From NCBI RefSeq assembly GCF_964355755.1, contig NC_092670.1, forward strand, positions 4,268,201 to 4,332,200: 64,000 nt of DNA, given 5' to 3'. Shown in pieces: positions 30,001-42,000 of this stretch. The stretch's first letter is position 1, and every line of letters starts with the position of its first letter. The notes beneath the pieces are model-generated. The model searched no databases. It saw only the letters and a list, made by a program, of their open reading frames with translations, and had not been told where the DNA came from. The position numbers were made by a program, and so were the translations under genes. This stretch comes from Antedon mediterranea (taxonomy: Eukaryota > Animalia > Echinodermata).

Positions 30001-33000
30001 ATGAAATGAATAAATAGTGGTTAACGCCACAAAAGAGAGAAAAAAAAAGTACATCGTTTATATAAAGAAAAATATTTTCCATTATTATTTAATTTGTAAT
30101 TTTCATGGACCACATGAAAGAAACTATTTTTTTGTTTTATTCAAAATCAGGAGGTGATTCCGATGAGAGCTCGGATAAAGATGAAGTGACTGAATTTACC
30201 AATACTCCACTAAGTGATAGTATTTTTTTAAAGAAGTTACATAAGCACATTATTAGTGCAGATGAGTTATCTACAACTCTTGTGGATCGTTCACTCGTTG
30301 TCAAGGGTGACTATTTTAATGAAGGAAAGACTTATGCAATATCTGTTCAAGTTACTAATAGAGGTGATGCTATTTTTATTTTATGTACTTTAGAAATTGT
30401 ATTTGTAACCCAAATAAAATAGAAGCATCATTTTAAGTTCTGTCAACAAAAACGAAAGACTAATTTTAGTTAGATCTACAGATGAAAAAAAAAGTTATGT
30501 CAAAAAAAAAATGGTCGAAAAAAAGGCCACAATATTTCTCATCTATTTCTAAATGAACATTACTTACATAAATAGATTTCTGCTTGATTTATTTTACAGA
30601 TGGTCAGGTTGGTAATGCCAGGTATTACTTTAAAGTAAATACAAATCCAGGTCTTGGTAAATGTACTGTGTTTCCATCAAGTGGAACAGAATTAACTACA
30701 AAGTTTACAATCAACTGTGTAGAGTGGCAGGATGAAGTAGGTTCAATTATTTGTTTTTTAGTAAAATGTTAATAATTAAGATATGTTTTTTTTTTAAATA
30801 CTTTTTCTTCAATATGCCATTTTGATGTTCCATAATACAGTCAACTCTCCCAATACCGGACACCCTTGGGCGGGCATATATTTTCCGGTTTTTCGAAAGT
30901 CCGGTTTCCTGAAAACATATTTTTAAAGTCATCACGTTGTCACTGAAAATGCTTTGAATCACCGGTCCGAATGCTGCCCGGTACGGTCTCCTAGCGTTAC
31001 CGCGTAGGGAAGGCCTAGGCTATGATTGTGTCAATCTAGCCTATAGTTTTAATTAAATAAATACTGATAGGCCTAGGCTTACTTTATTAATATTAAGCTA
31101 ATTCAATTTACCTTTTTTAAAAGTTACATTATTTACTGTACCAATAAAACATGTTACAATAGTAAATTATTGTTTCTCAATGTGTTTTTAACGGTAAAAA
31201 GGCCTACGTACGTACGGTGAACATAATTTCGGTCTGTTTATTGTTTTTCGTGAGCTAGCTAGCAGCAGCAGCATGGTGGTGTGGGTGAAGGGCTTTGATT
31301 GATGCGCATGTGCAGAGGTGTCATAATCAAATAAAAACGCCCACACCTAGACCACATGTTTTTTAAGCTCCTTTATTTTGACGTAAACGAGCCAAGCAAT
31401 TAAATGACACAATAATTAATTGGTAACATTTCAAAGTTTATTAACACTAGTTAAGTCAAGTTCATTCCGTTTACGTTTTGCCATAATGATTTCCAAATTT
31501 ATAATGATGCACATTTTTAGTGAAACATTCCTTTTAGTCCTATTGCAATTGTGAATTTAACAATAATTTAAACAAAACAAAGACACAAAGTGGAATGTAA
31601 ATTGAACTTTATTAAAAAACAATTCATATGCTAAAAAACAGGGAGTTGTTAACTCCCTGCTAAAAACAATAGACATTACGACATAGCGCTTCGATGTGAA
31701 AAAGCCCACCGCAGTTCGATACGCAACAAAGCAATTGCCGCCTCGTGGGTTAACAATGAACTGACCTGTCAATCACAGTGTAGTGCTCCCATGGCAACAT
31801 TATTTGATCGTACCGCGAAACGTTGCGCACTTCATGCATGGTCCACCGGTCAGGGTATGGTTAAAAGCTTTTGTACATTGTGAATGTATTGAATCCGAGT
31901 CAGCGACGACGATGTTACGTTGTTTTCGTAAATATTTGGAATTTTTTAACTGTCAGTCCGGTTTTCAGACGCTAATTTTCGTGTTTTGTACTTCATAATT
32001 GGTCCGGATTCCGGAATTGGGTATTCCGGTTTTCATAATAAATTACAGTACATTTAGAATAGGGACAAATTGGGCCCTCCAAAAAAGTCCGGTTTTTCGT
32101 GAATTCCGGTTTTGGGAGAGTCCGGTATTGGGAGAGTTGACTGTAGTCATTTTGACCAAAAATTTGATTTAAAAGAAAATTATTTACTATATTTTATAGT
32201 AACATTTTTGTTGTCTATTCATGAGTGAAAAATTTTTCTGCAGAACTGATTAAAGCCCCATTCCCTACGTTTTTTAGATCTAATTTAAGATCACAAACTA
32301 TATTTAATGTAAAAATAATACTATATGGTCCTATTGCGATAACTTTTTTCGTCTTTAAACGGTTAAAAATGTGAAAAATAAGCCGATTCTAATAATTATA
32401 GCGGCCCGCTATAAATCCCAAAATGCATTGCGCGCGGATTGATATTTTTGTTTTTCACCTGTAATTCGCCCACTTTTCGATCGATCGTGAGGCCAAAACA
32501 AATGGAAGACTCCTAACTTTTCAGCGAAAATACCGGGTTTTCCCCAATTTGTATCAACGGAGTCTGGCAAAAATAGAAAGACAATTAATGCAGCAACTAT
32601 ACAACGTCAGGCTAGGTATATAGCTCGCGTACGATGTTCATACGTTACCGATGTTTACCAGCTAGGCCTACAAAACTAAGCTAGCTAGGCTAGGCCTAAG
32701 ACCGTCCACGAGAGGTCGATCGCCGCGAGCTACTTAGGTAGTGCATTGTTTCTCACTTTTTATCATAATTTACCATAAAACGTACATTTAAGACAAGGAA
32801 TGACATGGTGTAATGTTTTTAAAGTGATATATATGTATTATTTTCCAAAAAACGTCCAAAATTGCAGGGAAGGGGTCTTTAACTTTATAACTTTAATAAA
32901 ACTACAAAAAAGGCTATTCAAAATCTGATTTTATTAATCTTCATTTTTCATGTTTTTGGGGGACAAGACATCTTTAATTATGTTTGTAACAGATGATTTT

Positions 33001-36000
33001 AATGTTTTTTATTTTTTTAAATAACATTCTTTTTTATACAGCACTTGCCACTGTATTATGAAATCAGTTATGGACTACGTGAAACAGATGATATGACTAT
33101 TATTTACAATGGTATGAATCAAAATATTAAGTTCACGTTACCATCTGGACTAGCAGAGGAAGATCATAAAGGTAATTTTGTTTTTATTGGACATTTTTAG
33201 ATTTATTCTAGAAAACATGGCCCTATGAATTAGATATAATTAAAAATAAAATGTAAACAAACATCTGCGTATACTGTAGGCCTATGAGACTATGTCTCTT
33301 ATACTGTTTTTAATACCATCAATTTTGTTTAGTGGGTTAAGGAATTTACATTCATTTCATTCATTCATTTATTTATTCATGGTCAAACACTGTAAAATAT
33401 GTACATGGTTTGAAATTATTTTTGTTTGTTCAAAGTTAAACTTTTACATATAAATATAAAAATGAGTTAAAAAGGTTACAATTTTGTAAAATACAAATAA
33501 AACACATTTGAAATACATTTAAGCCTCTTTGTGGTACATTTTGAATTAAATTATATAATTGATATTGATTTGTCTTGTAGTATATATTCATATTGCCATT
33601 ATTGACCATAGAGGTGGAAGAACAAATGTGTGTTTATTACCGATTGAAGTATTGCCTACAGAATATTCAGTTGACACTACTGAGGAATATTTGTAAGTCT
33701 TAATATTCAATGTTTATATGTTGCTCTGTTTTTGGTTTGTTACCTGTCCTGATCAGCTGGTCAATATTGTTTTTTTTCTTCTAATTAATTGTTTTTATGT
33801 ATTTTTGTTTTTGAATTGTTATAGTAAATATCTGTTTCATAAATTTATAAAAGTATTTATATAAATTGTATTGTTTTAAAATTTGCTATGTTGTCATTAT
33901 GGTGCAACTACAGATTAAAAGATAAAGAAATATAAAATATAAAACAAAATACTTTATACAACTGACTATAATTACATACAGCATACAGTAAATACATACA
34001 TACATACATATTATGCAACATAGTATTGTTGTATAGTATAAATATTGTATTGCTGGCTGTTATGATAATATTTACTGATCATAATGTTTTGTGTGTGAGA
34101 ATTGTACAGATTTATAGTTAGATATATGTTAGATATGTAAATCCATAAAAGAATCTTTTAGAAATAGTTATCATTATATATCTTGTTTATTATTTTTTTT
34201 ATTATTCTTTCTTTATTCTATTACACTTTTAGTACTTAGGTTTAACATAATTCATTATATAGTTTTTAGCACATTATCATAGTTAGATAGTGAAATTTAG
34301 TTTAGAGATAGATAGGTGTATGTATAGGATATAGAGTGTGATAGTGATCAGTAAATTATATCATTAACAACCTATATAATACAAAATAAATTCATACACA
34401 CAATTTAAAATATTAATATAATAATATATTATACAGCATTAATGGAAGAACATGAAATCATATCCACCATTTTCATTTTTTGCATTTAATATGTTATCAA
34501 TCATACATTTTTTAATGGTTTATAATATTTTGCTAATTTTCTGATTGTATAAAACATTTATAGTTAACATGAAAATTAATGTATTTATTATTATGAGTAT
34601 ATGCATCGTGACTAAACATGTTCATAAAACAGAGTGTATAGTACATATTAATAATATTATGCATATATTTACTTTCTTTTTGTATCATATTTAAGTAAAT
34701 TTAATAGGTTTTTATATTGTAATTTGTATATCGGATTCATATTTGTATCCATATATTTAAACACAAATATATATATATATATATATATATGTTAGTAATA
34801 TATTTAATCAATTTTTGTATAGTATATGGAATAATTAACAAGCAACAAAAAAATTGATTTAATTTGATAAAACCTTCTTTCATATTTCTGTTCCACATAT
34901 GGATAATACAAAAAATCAATGCAAGCTAAAATATTTATGTTCTAAAGTATCGAATTTATTTTATATGAATATCTCTTAAGCTCTATCTACACTATCAATA
35001 ACAAAAAAAAGTGTGAGATGCACAAATATGGTAGTGATATGTCCAAATATGGTAGTGATATGACAACATCATGTCCATATATGGGCACATCACATTTTTT
35101 TGTCACATAAAGTTTGATAGTGTAGACAGAGCATTAGAAAAATTATATCCTTTACCTGGGCCAGTAACAGTATTATTTTCAGTGTGTATTTTTATTTTTT
35201 TTTACAGCTATATTTTTATATTTATACACACGTTTTATTTATGTATTTAAAGTTTATGAATTGTGAATTTGGTGCAACACATTGATTTTATAATTTCATG
35301 ATTATAAGTCACAAATTGGTAACAATGGGTATTAAGTACATTTTGTATTTTAAGCTCTGTCTACACTATCAAACTTAATGTGACAGCAAAATGTGATGTG
35401 CCCAAATATGGACATGATGATGTCATACAACTACCATATTTGGGCACATCACTCTTTTTTTGTCAAAGTTTTGATAGTGTAAACAGAGCTTTAGTGAATG
35501 TATTTATACTCATTGTTAGTTTTATATTTAATCTAGACTTTGTTGCAGAGCCAAAAGTTTCAGTTGTATGCCATTTTATGTTCAATTGAATTGATTCAAG
35601 CCTGAAGTCAGTTTGTGAAATTTAAGTTGTTGGGTTTTAAATACAAACTGAACAGTTAAAAATAATAACTAGATTTTAAACCATTCCAAATGTCAGTATT
35701 TTACTATGGCAATATTAAATCATTACCTTTGGGCATATTATGGTTAAGAGTTCTATAAAATGTTTTTATTTTTTATGTGCTTTTTAATAATGTATAAATG
35801 AATTTATGAATGAATAAAAACCATTAGGTATAACAAGACTGTTGTTGCTGGCAATGAACTACAAGACAAGATAGTGATGGGCTTGCCTCAAGATATCTAT
35901 CATTTTACTAACACCATTGCACATATGCTAAACAGACTAATTGAAGTAGAACATGACGATGCTGAGAAGCAATCGGTAAGTTAAATTAATGATCCCCACG

Positions 36001-39000
36001 ATTACTGTTTTAAGATGACACATACTGATTTAAGCTTTCTTATGTATTGATAATTGCCCACTCAGACAAAACAAGACAATCCGGTGTTCTCCCAATATCG
36101 AAATAAATTTGAATTATTGATCTTTAATGATGACCTTTCAACCTTCAGGCATTAACTTTGAGACGTGAAATCCGTGAACACTTGCTGAAAGCTGTTGAAA
36201 ATATACCAAACAGAAATCTGTATGAGATGCACATTGCTATTTCTTCTGTTGATGCAGTTTGTCAAAAGCCATCTGAGGTATGTTATGTGTTTTCATGATG
36301 TGCCCATATATGGACATGATGTCATATCACTACCATATTTGCCCATATCAATACCATATTTGGGCACATCACACTTTTTTGATAGTGTACACAGAGCTTT
36401 TTGTTACTGTACCATGAAGTATGTATCTTTCATGCTATGGTTAAAATATATTTATTTGATTTATTTTTAATTAGAGATTTTATGCTAAAATTAAGATTTG
36501 ACTTTGTTATTTCAGCTGACTTTAGATGCAATAAAAATGGCTACAGATATTGTTAGACATGTTACTGGAGAAGCTATTAGCCAGAAACAAGGCCACAAAC
36601 ACCTACTACAGCACAGTGTATCAGCTGCATCTGGGCTACTGTCAGCAATGCCGCATATCGACAATACTTTGTACTCTGTCAAAAATCGTATAGCACAGAC
36701 CATTATTGAGGCTACATACTTGCATATTAAGGTATTAATTACAGCTGGAAATTTACTGAATTATTTACTTTAGAGTTAATAGGAAATATCTAGAATGTAC
36801 AGGCTGCTATTATATAGCTAATATATATAACAACTTGTAACAATCAAATCTTCTCAGATAAAGACTATAAACCGTAGGTCCAGTGTACACATCTAGCTTT
36901 AAAGAACCTAGTACATCTTTCGAGACGAGTAGGGTGTAATGTTACCCCAGTGTACTAGTACATCACAGCCACTGATCATACTTGGACCCTTTGGAAGACC
37001 AGTCTTTGACAAAAATTCAAAATTCGACCTCGCGTGTTTCTAATTTCTTACCTTATCAAGATTCATATTAATAATTTATTGATCTTAAATGCAAATTTTG
37101 AATAAATCCTACTTTTATTTTCTTCAGCTTCAGTTAAATGAGTTAGTGGTGAATCAGTTTCCAACAGAGAGTAAATCTCCCGTAGTCAACACATTTATGG
37201 CAAGGCTGGATAAAGTGTCAAGCCTGACTGTGGAGGAAGATAGTAACCAATTTACACTACCAAGTAATATGGATGTCATATTGGGTAATCAGACAAAATC
37301 AGTGTGTTGGGATGTTTCTTTGGTGACTTACACTATAAATCCATATCAGTGGAATCCTATGGGAACTAAGGTAATATTATTTGTTTTTGGTGTATTTTTA
37401 TTGTCTTGAATCCGGTTATATACAGTTTAGTTTAGTGGAGTGGAGCTGTAGCTTGGTGGTGTAGTGGAGTTGTAGCTTGGTGGTGTAGTGGAGCTGTAGC
37501 TTGGTGGTGTAGTGGAGCTGTAGCTTGGTGGTGTAGTGGAGCTATAGCTTGATGGTTAACGTGCTTGCCTTCCAATCCAAAGATTCAATCCTGACCTAGT
37601 GCCAGGGAGTACCTAGTGCCAGTCCCTAAGCCTCAAATGAGAATTATAAAATAGTTTATCCATCCTGTAATTGGTGAGTTTGTGTTCGCTGGATGCGTAT
37701 GAAATAAAAATAAAAACATTACCTTATTCTAAAATTCAGAAAATTACTTCTTTGTGGTTGATATTGTGAAAGGCCATAGACTGGGAAATTGCATTTTCAC
37801 TATTGTAAAGTCCAACATTTTCACGACCTTTTATTTTTTCTTTTTCGATTTGACTTGCATTGCTTTCACAGTTCAGTTGCTTTCCTTGAAGATTTTAAGG
37901 TAAAAATGTTTTATTTTTAGGTGACAACAGGTGTTTCATCTCTTGACCTGTTTACATGTGATGGAAAGGACTTGGTAGTGGAAAACTTAAATACAGAGCA
38001 CCAAATACATCTTAGTGTACCACATGACCTTTCTATAGAGGTAAGCTTATTCTATAGCCTGATTGTTGATATAATTGCAATAAAGGCCTACTGTAGCTAT
38101 TAGGCAGTTTAGGCAACCTCTGTATCCATATACTTGTGTAGCTTGAAATCAATACCATACGTGATACCGATTTTCAATGCGGATTGCATTCACCACGATT
38201 AAGATTTATTCGTTACAAATTGAATTTGTAGCACAACATAAACATAAATTATTCAAGGACAGAGTTTAGTATAAAAATGTTTCAAGAAAACAACAAAGAA
38301 GTAAAAAATGTAGGCTAGCAGGAAAGTTTAATGAAGAGGCTATATGTATATGGGCACATCACATTTTTTTGTCACATAAAGTTTAATAGTGTAGACAGAG
38401 CTTTACACTTACATTGTAATTACAAATATTAACCTACATTATATTTATATACTATCACGTTCACAGAATTCAGAACCTGGAAACTTCACCTTTGACAAGG
38501 CAAATATGAATATTCATGAGTTTAATGTGACTGACGACAATATGCAACAAACACTACACTTTACTTTGGAGTTCTTTTCAACTTCTAAGAGGGAGTTATT
38601 GCCGCTTAGGTTAGTGTTACGCTGGAGAGAGGAACCTACACCGTACGAGTATGACCTCAAGTGGGACTATGATGATTATGAGAATTCAATCGAGCAAATA
38701 TTTCAACCTGGTTTTTTTAATGGTAAATAGTTTTTACTGATTATTATTGTCACATAACAATATATAGATATTGATTGCTTCGAGGTGAAATATAAGTTGA
38801 CATCCCCTCGGAAATGATATTTTGCTCTCGGGAATATATATTTCCCTCAGCTTGCGCTTCAGGAATGTTTGAGGGGTATGTCAAATCTTATATTTTACCA
38901 ATATAAATGGCAATTTCTGTAGAACAACCAGTAGAATATCTGGTAACTAGGGCTCCTTATGTAAATAAGCCTGCCTAGTTAGGCGTATAGTATTAGATTT

Positions 39001-42000
39001 ATTTTTGTTTAAATTTGAAAAAATGTATGTTATTAAATTTGTACAAATGATAAATCTGGCATGTATTATGCATTGATTAAAACAAATGTGAAGGTTTACT
39101 CCGAACTTAAAATTAATTTGAAAATTTTTTTTTTTTTCAGAGACTGGTACATACTACTTAGCACTGCTTGATTCTGCATTTGATGAAACCAAATATCAAT
39201 TTGAATATCCACCTGCTCATTACCTACTCAGAATATGGTGGGCAGAATGTTTGTTTTGGAATCAAAGAAAAGGTAAAATTAATCGTTTTATTTTTGTGTA
39301 AAGGGAGGATGGCAACAATATTTTCTTTTATCAAAATATAGTCAGGTTAAAATTAATGCACTACACTTTGACCTGGGTAAAATTAATTTAGGCTTTGTGA
39401 CTCAGTCTACTACCCATGTACTGTGTATTCTTTATAATGTATAGACATATTTAAAAAATATCTTTTACAAATATAAAAGTATCTATAAGAAATTTTGTAT
39501 AAAAATAGTGTATAAAATTATTTATAAAAAAATGTTGTCATTTTTGTATATTTTTACTAATTCAACTTTTTAGTGGCGGTTTTCATCTCTATCTGTTAAT
39601 TTAGATTTTTATTATGATTGTTGTACTAGTATTATTATTATTATTATTTATTGCCAAAAACCAGTTACAAACAAACAAAACACAGAAACTAAGGGAGTAG
39701 GCAGGAACCTAAAAGTGAACCTAATCACTATAACAAGAGTTCAGGTTCCGTACTCCCAAAGTAACAACAATGATATAAAATAAACTATATAAAAATATTT
39801 AAAAAACAAAAAAGTACTTGCCTTTTGTGTACTTGTTTTATGAATCTATCTGTTTTACCACAGCCAAGTGAATTTCTCCGGGGTTTGGGATAATAAAGTT
39901 TAATTGAATTGATTTTAATTAAAATAAAATTTGTAAAAAATAAATAAAATAAAAGGTTTCCTCTATTTACATTTGCAATGTCAATTGCCTCGTCATTTCA
40001 GAAATATGGTCACCAGATGGATGTGAGTTACTTCCAACGTCAACTTACAAGATGACCAGCTGTAGATGTAATCACCTAACTGCATTTGGCATTAGCTTTA
40101 TACCTGTTAGCAAGCTTCTACATCGCATCTCTATGTCAGTTTTTCAAATGTGAGAGAAAATATTATTCAAGATATATATTTTTTAACATCATTGAAACAC
40201 CTGTTTAATACTTATTGATCAATATAAGCCTCATTCGTATGTTAGATATCAAGCTGTTAGCTGTTCTACTCACCCAATCGTTCCATCGATTTCTATTTAA
40301 CTTAATCCATGAATTATTTTTGTAAAAATATATTAACATTTGGTGTTTAATTAGAAATTTAGCATGTCCCTTTAGCATAGAAAGTATGATATATGTCACA
40401 CCCCCACCTTGATAAACGGGTAAATCTGAAAGAACAAAGAACCCATGTATAGCACATTGAATGCTAGAGAATGACATTCCATACTTATGAGAGATGTGTG
40501 TTTTATTTATATCTCGTATTACTCATACAGTATAAATATAAGAAATTGCAATTGCAAATTATTAAATTGATTTGTGTTTTTATTGAACATAATTGTTTAC
40601 CTTTAATAATTAATAATAATATTTTCTTTTGCAGACCAAATGAAAATCCAATTACATTTGTGTTTGTTTTGGTAACATTTGGTATATATTTTGTCCTCTT
40701 TGTGTACTGTCGCTATGCTGATCTCCATGACGAAAAAAAGCAAGGAACAATTTTTCTAAAAGACAACCAGCCAACGGATCAACAATAGTATGTATATGTT
40801 TTTAATCTTTAAAAAGATACATTAATACAATAAATAAGATATTTCTAGGAATAATGTTATTAAAAAATACATTAAATCTGACAAATTATTAAATAGTTTA
40901 TCCATCCTTTAATTGACGAGTTACTTGCTTTTTTTAAAAAATAGGTTTATTTGTACTTTTTAGAATTAGTATGTTCATGATGATTCATGCCTTTGCAAAC
41001 AGTTTAATCTTTGCATCCCCAACATTTAGACTTACTTATTCTTCCTAATTTTTCAGTTGATTGATAAAAATAATTTTACTAGATGCATCTCTATGATTAT
41101 AATATAATTTTATTGATTTTGGTTGTTTGTTTGGTTACATTCTAGTTATGAGATCACTATAGAGACTGGTTTTAGAAGTGGTGCAACAAGTACAGCAGCT
41201 ATTAGCATTGTATTACATGGAGAGCAAGGCTACTCTGAAACCAAACAATTAAAAGCTGCTGATAAAGTACTATTTGAAAGGAATTCTAGAGATCGATTTA
41301 TTGCAAGGTATTCTTTTTAAACTTTTGTGTGCAGGTGGTGCTGTTTAGATTTTTATAAGAACAAATCATTCTATCGTAGATACAGTAGTTTAATAACAAA
41401 ATTTCACTTAGCAAAGGAAAATTCTTTATTTTAACTATTGAATATACCAATATTCTTGCACCACGGCTATTGCTAATTTTTGTCTCCACACCTTAGAATG
41501 GTTAATAATTTAGATTTGAGTTAAGCAAAAGAAATTAAAAAGCTTACCTATTATGATAACAACAAATTCTTAGGCCTGCTAGAATAGGGAGGCAGATTAA
41601 CAATGAAAAATATCCATGCAATTGAAACTGATCTAGGTTAATTTTTTTTTTTTCAAATGGTATAATTGTTCCCATTAATTAATAAAAATCATACAAACGA
41701 TCTAAAGCTAATTTAATTACTTTGTTTGTCTACATTGCTCTCCAAAAATGTTATTTCCAACCGAGTGCCATTTTTAATGTAATTGTTTATATGCCAAAGC
41801 CAAGAAAAACATTGCCACACTGCTATTTGGTTTTTCTTACAAAATATTGAAGCCGAAAAATACTATCACACAATCTTTTGACAGTATTTTGTTTTTTCTG
41901 TTAGTGTACCAGAGTCTCTTGGACACTTGACCAAGGTCCACATATGGCATAACAATGCTGGCAATTCTCCAAGCTGGTTTTTAAGTCGCGTTGCTGTCAG

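Larger units (their letters stand above)
30779..32973. mobile_element. K1 MITE interrupted by two nested DNA transposons
   Basis: Segments outside the two inserts are colinear with the 27044-27320 copy; ends ggggacaagacatct|TTAA; left end degraded. Confidence 0.7.

Noticed and set aside
31557-31998. Short ORFs inside the pogo-like element as transposase
   Set aside because: No HTH or DDE motifs; the element appears non-autonomous.
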